A stretch of 63,551 bases of DNA, counting the filler, from Collodictyon triciliatum (Eukaryota): NCBI GenBank assembly GCA_043381765.1. It is 13 parts of 13 records of this genome, joined end to end, with 100 filler letters (N's around TTAATTAATTAA, not from the genome) between each part and the next. Parts side by side here need not be neighbours in the genome. Positions count along the whole stretch, not along the records: positions 24,480 to 29,278 come from JBHJMP010005753.1; positions 29,379 to 34,170 come from JBHJMP010005754.1; positions 34,271 to 39,059 come from JBHJMP010005755.1; positions 39,160 to 43,948 come from JBHJMP010005756.1; 9 more parts are not named here. The stretch is one strand, 5' to 3'. Below, piece after piece: positions 28,320-39,443 of the stretch (position 1 is its first letter; each line of letters begins with the position of its first letter). Position numbers and translations under genes: made by a program. The notes beneath the pieces were generated by a model. It was not told the origin of the DNA. It saw nothing but the letters and a program-made list of their open reading frames with translations, and made no database searches.

Positions 28320-29148
28320 GAAGAAATAATCGGGAATAAAAGCTATGCCTCAGGAGTTCCAAGGACCCAATCATGGACGTGGTCTGTGATGGCCTTTGCT
28401 GCAGAGGCGGCAGAGCTGAGTTTGCGAGCGGCAATGACTGCAGCACCGCGCTGCTGGACAATCTTGACAAACTCTGTTTGAAGCCATTGCGAGTCGTTGA
28501 TGGCGCTTTCAATCGAGACGGTAGCCTCACCCGAGCGGACAGTGCCGTGGGAGACATCAGGGTATTGTGTGGCAGAGTGATTGCCCCAGATGACGACGTT
28601 GTGGACTGCTTCAATGTCCACGCCGACGCGCTTGGCGATCTATAGAAAAAAAGAAAAAAAAGAAAAAAAGAAAAAAAGAAACAAAAACAAAAAAAAGAAA
28701 CAGAAAAAAGAAATAACGACTTAAGATGCTTCGAATCTAGGCTTTTTGAATCCGGTGCGATTGAGTCTGCACTCGAGAGGTCTACATAATGAAAGCCCAG
28801 CGAAAGAAGAGAAAGAAAGTGGATAAGGATAGGAAAAGAGAGGGAGAACCTGAGAGCGGGCGCGATTGTGGTCCAGGCGAGTGAGGGCTGTGAAGTTTTC
28901 GCGAGGAATGGAAGGAGCGCTCAAAGCAGCGACCATGCAGTTTGTGTTTGCCGGGTTTCCAACGACGCAGACTTTGACGTCCCGCGAGGCAAACTTGTCG
29001 AGGGCAGCGCCTTGGGCCTTGAAGATGGCCACGTTGGCCTTGAGCAGGTCAGCCCGCTCCATGCCTTGGCGGCGGGGCATTGCGCCCACAAGGAGGGCCA
29101 CGTCGACACTTTGGAAGCCTTCCTCCACGTTGGTTGTGGTGAGGACGC
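27948..29148 (-). CDS. MDH1: Cytosolic NAD-dependent malate dehydrogenase, 5'-partial; exons 28850-29148, 28349-28639, 27948-28157
   Basis: [86 protein letters not shown] motifs. Confidence 0.97.
28244..28319. repeat. (AAT)n microsatellite in the MDH GC-AG intron
   Basis: Directly visible. Confidence 0.95.
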
Positions 29149-29194
29149 CTGCATAGAGCAAGTATTAGCGCGGCTTTGTCTTTTTTTTGTTATT

Positions 29195-29278
<84 letters not shown>

Positions 29279-29378
29279 NNNNNNNNNNNNNNNNNNNNNN
29301 NNNNNNNNNNNNNNNNNNNNNNTTAATTAATTAANNNNNNNNNNNNNNNNNNNNNNNNNNNNNNNNNNNNNNNNNNNN

Positions 29379-29500
29379 AAGAGAGAAAGAGAGAAAGAGA
29401 GAAAGAGAGAAAGAGAGAAAGAGAGAAAGAGAGAAAGAGAGAAAGAGAGAAAGAGAGAAAGAGAGAAAGAGAGAAAGAGAGAAAGAGAAAGAGAGAAAGA
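29379..29500. repeat. (GAGAGAAA)n repeat at segment start
   Basis: Directly visible. Confidence 0.95.
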
Positions 29501-29556
29501 GAAAGGGAGGAAAGGATAGAACGGATCCGAACATAAGCCCGTAATCCTACAAACAG

Positions 29557-32221
29557 CTCGCACAAGGATCGCGCCTGCTGCAGCCGACCGCTTCATCCAT
29601 CGCCAAGCAGCACCGGCCCGCCACGGCCCACGCGCCCCAAACTGCGCGGCACGATGCCGCCTCCAAAGAAAACAACCCAAACACAGCGCAGAGGCCGCTC
29701 ACTCCAACAGCCACCTTTGTCCCGAAAGACCATCGCACAGCATTCCCGCTCGGAGTCAGCCGCACCATCCCAGGATTATCGGCATCTGTATTAACGCCCA
29801 CATCTACATCTACATCTGCTTCTGCATCTGCATCTGCATCCACTTGTACATCCACACGCCTTGGCCCAGTCCACAAGGCAGGCGACTCCCGCGCCCCAAA
29901 AGCCGCGTCGCTCAGCCTTTCGGCCCGGTCGCAGCCGAGTGCAGACAAGTTGCATCAGACACTGCCTCGTTATGACTCTGCTTTGCAGCCTGCCGGAGAC
30001 GACCCTACCCAGCAGACCAGCTTGGAGACGAGTGAGCCTGGCTTGGCCTCTGGTAATCCTGAAAAGACACACGGTTTGTTGGAAGATGCCCTTGATTCGC
30101 AAGCAGTTGCCACGACAACAGAGGAGAAGGCTGGTGCTGCCCAAGAAGGCCGTCGCTGGCAGTTATCTGACTTTGAGATAGGCAAGTCGCTTGGACATGG
30201 GAGATTCGGGAATGTCTATCTTGCAAGGGAGAAGCAGAGCAAGTTTGTGGTAGCCTTGAAGGTTTGTGCGTTATTGTAGGAAATAATTTCTGACTGGTTT
30301 TGCTGTCATTCTCTGGACTAATGTTCTTTGTGGTGGCTCTTGTATATAAGCATATTTGTACGAATTGTGTGAGGATGGAGTTTCTTTGCATATTACATAT
30401 ATGTATGTTGACTAGGAAATATTGATGATAAGTATTATACCTATTGCATGCAGGTTCTTTTTAAGGAGCAACTAATCAGCTGCAATGTCGAGAAGCAACT
30501 TCGTCGAGAGATTGAGATACAGGCTCACTTGAGGTCCTTGATTTCTATCATTTTGCATATATTCCTTCATTTGCACAGCACTTTCCCTCCTCCTCTATAT
30601 TTGCCTGCTATCTGATATACCTTACTACAAAGGCATCCGAATGTTCTTCGGCTGTATGGTTATTTCTACGACAACAAGCGAGTCTATCTGATTCTTGAAT
30701 ATGCCTCAAAAGGAGAATTATACAAAGAGCTAAAGAAATGCACCCGTTTTCAAGAACCCAGAGCAGCCGAAGTACACTCACCTGCATATTTAAATATATA
30801 TCAGAACGTATAATACGATTGAATGTCAATTTTGTTCGTACCGACTATAGCCCATATATTTTATGACTCTGGATTCGGCAAGCAAATATTTCTGGAGGTG
30901 GTTTCGCTACTATAAGCATACAGCTGCATTCTCAACTTTCCGGACTTTTCCCCCTTTTTTTCTTTTTGTTTTTAGTATATCAACTCTTTGGCGAGTGCCC
31001 TGAAGTATTGCCACGATAAGCACGTGATTCATAGGGATATAAAGCCCGAAAACCTCTTACTTGGGGTCAATGTAAGTATATTATCGTGCTGATAATTTGT
31101 CACAATCAAACAAAAAAAAATATCACCTGTGAACTTATTTTACCATCGCTAGACTCTCTTTTCTGAGTACCGCAATAGCCAAGTTTTATTGTTGCATTGT
31201 GTCTTACGCTTGTTAAAATACCTTATCTTGTCTTTTTCCTGATTTATATTGAGGATTTTCATATCATCCTAGAATTCTAAAAAAAAAAAAAATGCAGTAT
31301 GAGATACATCGTCATATGACCAGATAACATATTCTTTATGTATTCTCATCGGAACTAGGGTGAACTAAAGATTGCAGATTTTGGATGGTCTGTTCATGCT
31401 CCGAATTCCAGGCGAAGAACTTTTTGTGGCACCATCGACTACATGCCACCTGAAATAATCAAGAAAGAACCCTACGGCGCCAGTGTAAGATTCTACTCTG
31501 CAAATTAGGGTTTCTTTCATATTATGTCTGTCCATTAGTCTGGTTTCACAATTGGCCCTCTTTGTCTGTCAAAAAAAAAAAAAACAGCTGATAAAGCAAA
31601 TATTCGCTAACCGAAAAAAAAAAAGCGCACTTTTTTTTGGATCTGCAATTTGAACATAATAATACCATTCAGCTTCCCTATTTTCATTTGACTGCATTTC
31701 AATCATTCATCTGTTTTAGGTTGACTTATGGAGCCTTGGGATTCTGACATATGAGTTTCTTGTTGGAAAACCTCCATTTGAAGAGCCCAACTTTGAAGCC
31801 ACATACGACAGAATCTGTCGAGTAGCGTATGAAGTACCAGCGTTCGTATCACCGGAGGCCAAGGACTTAATATCTAAGGTAAAATAATGCTGGTCTTAAA
31901 TTCAACATTATTCTCTGCGATTGATGACTCACCCTCCAGCAGAAGTACGCACACGTTCAATTATATTTTTTTCTTTTTCTTTTTCTTTTTCTTTTTATTT
32001 TTAACTTGCTCACCGAAACATTGTGGTATCACGTGTTAAACTCTCCCTTATTTATGGCGTGTCGTCGACATAATACACAGCTTCTTGTTCGTGACCCGAA
32101 TGGACGCCTTCCGCTGTCTGACGTGATGAACCACCCACGGATTCTAAAGCACCACCCAGCAAAACATGTGATGGGCAACGTATCCTCCCCATCTATTGTT
32201 TCCCCTCCATCCTTGGATTGA
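29557..32221 (+). CDS. Aurora-family Ser/Thr kinase, 7 visible exons, 5'-partial, N-terminal KEN box (29665-29673)
   Basis: [27 protein letters not shown]...VALK|VLFKEQL...[28 protein letters not shown]...[10 protein letters not shown]...[29 protein letters not shown]...[17 protein letters not shown] is the Aurora signature. Confidence 0.97.
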
Positions 32222-32935
32222 TATCCCAATGGAAACCCTTTTGCCACTACCCCTCTTTTTCCCTCTCTGTGCCTTTCTGCCTTCCTCCATTTCCTTTCAC
32301 AAACAGAAGATTTCCGTAAATACTCATCGAACAAACATGAACATCGCACTCTACATTCAAATGGTTTCTCAGTAACGCACTGCTTCGCTCTGTCACCCAA
32401 CTTTTTTTGTTCGGGTCACTTTACCCTTCAGCCTCTTGATTTTGCTGGCTCATAAAAAAAAATACACAGCCATGGAGCGCATAAAGGTGCTTTATTATCA
32501 GGATGAAGCAGTCGAGCAGGATTCCCCAGTTAGGCGCTGTGTTCTGCCATATATTCCACAATAGTTGAAGCCTTCCGCACCTTCCACATGCAGATAATCA
32601 ACCAAATTAAGATAATGTATATTCCATTTTTATTCAATTCGTCCGTATTAGGACACACAAATAGACTCATGATTTTCCAAATAAGAATGATAATGCGTCA
32701 CTATTACCATATATGGATTAATTTGTCTCGAATGTGCAATCTATATCGTCATCATTGCGTCATCACAAGCTGTTGTCAGCATAAGTGACAGAAGGAATAG
32801 AACCTGCTTTTGTTGCTTTTTTTTTTGAACTGTTCGAAATGAAACAACCTGACAAAGAGAGACTAAACAAACCGAAACACAGCAGCAGTCACAAGGCCAT
32901 TTTATCCGCTGCAACCATCGTTCTCGCAACAAGTC

Positions 32936-33997
32936 ATGGAGCGGCCGAAGGGACAAAGACAAACGTCACCTCTTTTCCCACCAATCCCATCGAAACCCCT
33001 TCTGCGAATGCGAACGCCGCCGCCCGGGCTCCGATTGCCAGAACCGGGCGCAGGAATGCAGACAATCCCCATCGGCTTGCTTGGTGGCCGGATAAGGCCT
33101 GTCAGGCAAATCCGCGACAGCAGCCTGGCCCCAGAAGCTGGGTTGATAAGAGGCTCTATGAAGCAGGCAAGATTCTCTCCCACTCAGTTCTATGAAAGGC
33201 ATTGCAATCTTTTCCATCTCTTTTGCAAAGAAGTCTTTATTTTAAGTCATGAGATGCTTGTTGGGCAAGTTGGAATGGAGATTTGTTTTGTCACAATTTT
33301 TTCTATTCAATTTTTTTTCCCCTCTCTCCTTTGCTCGAATGGCAGCAAGAGGAATCTGGAGTCCTAGTAAATGGGGCTAAACAACTCGAGGTTTTGTGTT
33401 TTTTTTTTTGGACAATTTATAACACGAAATAATTCAATAAGGTTGAATCGGAATGCTGTAAGGTGTTTGAGAGTATCGTATTGCGAGTTGGTGACACGGG
33501 CACTATAAAGACGATTGTCGATTGTGGTTTTAATGATGAACTTCTTGGAAAAGGCCAGATATTCAAGTTCTTTGCAAACAGTGCTACAATACTCATTCTT
33601 GCCGCAGAGTTTATTCCGGACGTTATGTCAGGAGCAGCAATTTCATTCTATGTGGTAAGATTTAATTGCAAAAAAAAAAAAATACCCCCTGTCAGCTTTT
33701 ACATGGATATATAATTAAAAATACGCTTTGCAAAAGATAATAAACCAGTAATGATTAATGTAACTTTCTGAATAGGCACTGGCATTCTGTAATTTTAGTG
33801 AATCACAACATTCAATTGTAAGGTAGTAAACATCCCTCCCAATCAATTCGCTTGTTTATATTTCTGACTCTATATGTACAAAAAAAAAAAAAAAGACAAG
33901 AGGGCTAAAAATATATCATAACTAAATATTACTCAAGGTCGTCAAAATCTTTAATGGTACTCGGCATGTCCTCCCCAGTCTTTGGCGCTTACCTGTC
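32936..33997 (+). CDS. Hypothetical multi-exon protein, 3'-partial
   Basis: ATG at 32936 (MERPKGQRQTSPLFPP...); exon 33463-33654 (VFESIVLRVGDTG...ISFYV) ends at a gtaaga donor; further exon VVKIFNGTRHVLPSLWRLPV. Confidence 0.5.
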
Positions 33998-34019
33998 GTA
34001 CTGTGATAATCATGGTCTA

Positions 34020-34168
34020 AATTATTATTATTATCATTATTGTTATCATTATTATTATCATTATTATTATCATTATTATTATCATTATTATTATCATTAT
34101 TATTATCATTATTATTATCATTATTATTATCATTATTATTACCATTATTATTATTATTATTATCATTG
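34020..34168. repeat. (TATTATTATCAT)n / (TAT)n repeat
   Basis: Directly visible. Confidence 0.9.
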
Positions 34169-34407
34169 TTNNNNNNNNNNNNNNNNNNNNNNNNNNNNNN
34201 NNNNNNNNNNNNNNTTAATTAATTAANNNNNNNNNNNNNNNNNNNNNNNNNNNNNNNNNNNNNNNNNNNNACGAAACAGCATTTAGAAACAAAGAAGGCG
34301 CGCAACTTCAAAAAAAAAAAAGGGAAAACAGCTCATACAATGAGCCTCAGAATCCTACCTGCACAGAACAGAGACCCAAACGATATCCCGTCATTCGAAA
34401 GTCGGCC

Positions 34408-35106
34408 ATGGACGCTTCTTCACCCGCACACACAAGTCTTGTTAATCAAGCTGAAGACGAGAACGCCGCCCATCACAAAGACGCAGAGGAAAAAGAAGAA
34501 GCAGAGGAACAAGAAAAAGCAAAGGAAAAAGATGACGACAAGAGTGAAAATGAAGGGGCAGAAGCAGAAGCAGAAGCAGAAGCAGGCATGGACATCGTTC
34601 GCTTGTCTCGAGCAGCTTCGCTCGCAGCGCTCGGGCGGATTCCTTCCTGCGACGAACTTGCACAGGAGTTTGATGCACACTTCCAGTCACTGGCCGAGGC
34701 GGAGTTTGGGTCTGTGGACGACTTCGAGGCGGGAAGAAGAGTGCGCAAAGGTCTTGCCGAGACGCAAGGCGCTATCTCTGCCATAGGCGAAACGCTGCCA
34801 GAAACAAACAGACAAGGCCACGGGGCGCCTCTGCTGCGGCCTGACGGGGTTGCGCTTCCCACGATACGGCTGATTGTCAAGGAATCGAGTCCGCCCCCCG
34901 AGAAACAGGACCTGGGCCGTGGCGATGCAGACGAGAGCGATACCTTTGATGCAAATCGACCACTGCTGCATCAACCTCGCTCTGCGCCAAGCTTCGACCT
35001 GGTCTCGCGGAGAAGAAGCAAGGGCGTAATAGCTGCTCGTGCGCCTCGCTTTTCTGTAATTCTGCAGGACACCTTGAAAGACGACGATGCAAACGTATGC
35101 GATTGA
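34408..35106 (+). CDS. Terminal exon or ORF of an acidic low-complexity protein of unknown function
   Basis: 232-codon GC-rich ORF, E/A/K-rich; the frame extends upstream to a likely cag acceptor near 34366. Confidence 0.6.
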   Translation: MDASSPAHTSLVNQAEDENAAHHKDAEEKEEAEEQEKAKEKDDDKSENEGAEAEAEAEAGMDIVRLSRAASLAALGRIPSCDELAQEFDAHFQSLAEAEFGSVDDFEAGRRVRKGLAETQGAISAIGETLPETNRQGHGAPLLRPDGVALPTIRLIVKESSPPPEKQDLGRGDADESDTFDANRPLLHQPRSAPSFDLVSRRRSKGVIAARAPRFSVILQDTLKDDDANVCD

Positions 35107-35521
35107 GATATGATATCAAAGAACTACATATATGTTACGAATATGGATGTGTCATTTATGGCTGTTGTTCCTTTTTTTAAAAAAAAATAATGATTATTGG
35201 CGTACTTGTTAATCGCGAGCTACTTTGATATTTTGGCTCCCGTGTCATCTGAAAGCAGGTACAAAAACCAGACTTCCCATCCGCAAAAGCAAAAGCAAAA
35301 GTCACCGAGGCAGACCAGCGATTGGAGGAATTTTTCGTGAGTTTTGTTGCCATTTAACCTGGTTTTTCCTCCTTTTATTTTCCTTTTTTTTCTAAGTTCT
35401 TTTTTTATTTACATCCTATCTATAGTTAGAAAGATGCGACTTTCTATTGCGACCAATATGATTACATGATATGATAAAATGCTGTACTATATCTAATTAG
35501 TTTTTTATTTTTCCATCAAGA

Positions 35522-38416
35522 TGTTCATGAGCTCTATTATCAATGAAATCACGGAAGCGCGAGCAGTCATGGATGAAGAGTTTCTTGTCTATATGAAGGA
35601 TATGACAAGCCATATCTTAGGACAATTCTCTGCGCATCCATTGGTTTATATTATCAATTGACTTATCATATCGCTCAGTATTTTTTCTCTTCCTCTCGAG
35701 TAATTATGGTAGCTTAGCAAAAGTAAATATAACCATTCAACATACTCATATATTCACATTTAGGACAATAGTATTTTATGTACTCATCGTCCCTAATTAT
35801 CCACTTATGAACAAGCCATCCCACAAACATCTTGTTCCGATCGTGTATCCTACTCTTGTGGAGTATTTTGATAAGATACGTAACGTGATAAAGGTATTTC
35901 ACTTTATTTCTCACTCTTTTTCCGTCGTGTTCAGTTTAGTCCACATATTTGGAGGTCAGCCTTTTGTTAAAAAAATATAAAAAAATCATTTGACGGAAAA
36001 TAGGAAGAATTAAGCACAAGAAGACAGCAAGACTCAAAGCTGAATCATCAACTCGTCTATTTAATTTGTGAGGAGCATGAAAATATACTTCGGCACGAAC
36101 TTCAAACGGTATACACATACTCTAAATAAATTTAAAGAAGGTATTTTTCTTCTTACCTTCTCACATAAGACCACATAGCATACCAGCAAACGCTCATTCC
36201 AGCGTCAAGTCTATGACGATAAACTTGAAAATATACGAAAAGCAGCCCGAGTAGAATTACAGGCCTGTTTATTAAAGCAGGAATCCATATTTCGTGAGAC
36301 CTGGAAAGTAGCTGCCTCTTTCAGTTTTTTTCAGTGTTTACATACCCCTCATCACTTTTTTTCTTTTTGGTTGCACCTGTTTATTTCACAACTCAATATT
36401 TACATGTAATATTATTATGATGTAGTTGGCTTTTCAAGAGCACGAACAAGATTTGGTGAATCTTATCGAACGGCATCGTTCACAGATCGAGGAATTAAAC
36501 AAGAGACATAAATCAGAACTCAAGGAACTAGAAAATGAAATTGCAAAGTATTTTTTGCGGCAGCAAAATTTGCTTATCGAAATTCAGGATTTAAAATCTT
36601 ACCGTGAGGTAAAAGTTAATCTGCTAAATTTGATAATATTTATTTATTCTATATACCTAAAATAAATAAATAAATATCATTTGAAGTCGACATTACGAAT
36701 TCTTAATGGTCTTTATATTTGTATAAGATGAAGAATGTATATGATGTTGGTCATAATTCTTTTTTTTAATATATATTGTTTAAGCATATTACCCTTTTCT
36801 TTCTCTTCAACGCTTTAAATATATGTGTTAATATAAGGAATATACAAATATCTAATACGTATCACAGAAACTGATCCAGAAAGAGGCAGAGCATAAAGAA
36901 GCCCTTCTCCAAAAAGAAAACCAAAAGCAAGACCTCAGAAAAATCATAGCGAAACTCGACGATGAGGTTGGAACTCTGCTTATTTTCCATAAAGCTACCA
37001 CCTGTAAATCAATAGTACAATCATATTTCTTTCCTTAAAAAAAATTGCTAGATTTAGATAAGNNNNNNNNNNNNNNNNNNNNNNNNNNNNNNNNNNNNNN
37101 NNNNNNNNNNNNNNNNNNNNNNNNNNNNNNNNNNNNNNNNNNNNNNNNNNNNNNNNNNNNNNNNNNNNNNNNNNNNNNNNNNNNNNNNNNNNNNNNNNNN
37201 NNNNNNNNNNNNNNNNNNNNNNNNNNNNNNNNNNNNNNNNNNNNNNNNNNNNNNNNNNNNNNNNNNNNNNNNNNNNNNNNNNNNNNNNNNNNNNNNNNNN
37301 NNNNNNNNNNNNNNNNNNNNNNNNNNNNNNNNNNNNNNNNNNNNNNNNNNNNNNNNNNNNNNNNNNNNNNNNNNNNNNNNNNNNNNNNNNNNNNNNNNNN
37401 NNNNNNNNNNNNNNNNNNNNNNNNNNNNNNNNNNNNNNNNNNNNNNNNNNNNNNNNNNNNNNNNNNNNNNNNNNNNNNNNNNNNNNNNNNNNAAAAATCA
37501 ATTAATCTAGGCTACAAGAAAAATTTAAGGAGAGAGAGGAAAAATGCAAGTTTATTTGCCACCTTTTTTTTTCTCTTACCCCTTTTAATTATAGTATTCG
37601 GATAATTAATTCACGAATAATTAAGTAAAGAAAAAGCAGTGTATATGTATTGGAATTTTTGCGCTACAATGACATATTATTTCCCAAGTATCAATCACCG
37701 CATCGGAAGCCTGACTAATTAAAATTGGCTTGCTAGTAATTGAGCTTACCGAATCCTTGAAAGCGGCGGCCAAGTATACATCATCTCTTGAGAATGAAAT
37801 CAAGCGGCTTATGTCTGATGAGTCACAAGCAAGAACTCAATCCCAGCAGAATCCGTCCAAGCCTCTCCCTACTCAAGCCGCCAGCTCGCAACCCATCCGA
37901 CTCGACCATATTCTCCTTCAGCCACCGCAATTCGAGCCAGCGCATGACATCGACATATCTGATGCACAGGCACTGGAAAACTTGCAGCAAACATCGTTAC
38001 CGCCCCTCTATCCCATGTCCACATCCGCAGAAAACATCATTCATTTGACAAATCTCGCTGGACATCCCCACAGCGCCCCAGCTTCGCAGGCCGGCCTATC
38101 TGGCCCTCGCAGTGGTCCGACTATCCCTACTTTGCCTCTTGCAACTGAGCATCGTGCAAGCCCTCGTGTCAGCAGACTCTCCACCCCAAAGTCGTCAGCC
38201 TTGCTTCCTCACAACTCCGCCCCGCCGGAGGCCCCAGTATTCAATGCAGCCTATGGAATCCCCACTGGATACGTCTCGGCTCCATCCACTCGCTCCATCG
38301 TCTATGCCATTGCAAAATCTGCCCCTCAAATCTCCAGGCCGAAGGAACAGCGAGTGCCAGGGTACTCCAGAAAGCCTGCATTCAACCCAAAGTTTCACAC
38401 ACATTATTCTGACTAG
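35522..38416 (+). CDS. Multi-exon coiled-coil protein with P/S-rich C-terminus; start uncertain; spans an assembly gap
   Basis: Exons EELSTRRQQD...ELQT, RQVYDDKLENIRKAAR, LAFQEHEQDL...KSYRE, KLIQKEAEHKE...DDE, then the 37730-38416 terminal ORF. Confidence 0.65.
37063..37492. other. Intra-scaffold assembly gap (Ns, no linker motif)
   Basis: Run of N. Confidence 0.98.
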
Positions 38417-38909
38417 AATGACCCCATCCTTCCGTTGTTTTATAAAGATTAAGAGCTTCTTTCTTTTTTCTTTTTTTTTTTTTTTAATCCTTCCTTTCCA
38501 TTCCTGCAAGCTGGAGGAACTTTTGGTGTTGGTTCGCCAGTCGTCGTATGCATGGACGCTGCAATTATTGCGAGCTTTATCATGACTTAATTTTGTTAGA
38601 TTTTGATTCATAGCGTGTAACAAATGTAATTTGAGTCGACAAAGCCATGTTGGTTTGTGCTAGAGAATAATGGACTGGAAAAGTGCTGGTATTCCTCCTA
38701 AATAGCAGTGTTCTACTTAGTTTATAATTTCCAGAAATGGATAATTAGTTAAAAGGAATTATTATGGTAGTATTCCATGGTCGATAAAGAATAATATAAT
38801 TTCCATTTATGGAATGATTGAGTTTTGATCCTGTCGGGTTTGAATGTCCTGTGTCGTTCTCCATTTGGTTTTCTTCGAGCGTCGGCTTTCAACTTGTATT
38901 TTTTTTCTT

Positions 38910-39059
38910 TTCTATGCTTTTTATATGCTTTTCTATGCTTTTCTATGCTTTTTACATGCTTTTTATATGCTTTTTATATGCTTTTTATATGCTTTTTATA
39001 TGCTTTTTATATGCTTTTTATATGCTTTTTATATGCTTTTTATATGCTTTTTATATGCT
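38910..39059. repeat. 11-bp tandem repeat (TTTTTATATGC)n
   Basis: Directly visible. Confidence 0.93.
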
Positions 39060-39201
39060 NNNNNNNNNNNNNNNNNNNNNNNNNNNNNNNNNNNNNNNNN
39101 NNNTTAATTAATTAANNNNNNNNNNNNNNNNNNNNNNNNNNNNNNNNNNNNNNNNNNNNATATTTATTGTTATTATTATTATTATTATGATTATGATTAT
39201 G

Positions 39202-39293
<92 letters not shown>

Positions 39294-39443
39294 GATGATG
39301 ATGATGATCATCATCATCATCATCATTTTGACTATTTGCTATCATGTTGGGCAATAAATCTCAGTGGAGTAGTCAAAAACAGATTGATCGATACACGAAA
39401 GGTCATAAATATCTAATCGAATGTAAAATAAAACTGTGTTTAC

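Noticed and set aside
36251-36310. Frameshift, 19-nt intron or GC donor in the coiled-coil gene
   Set aside because: A canonical phase-0 GT donor at 36251 joins in frame to the exon at 36426.
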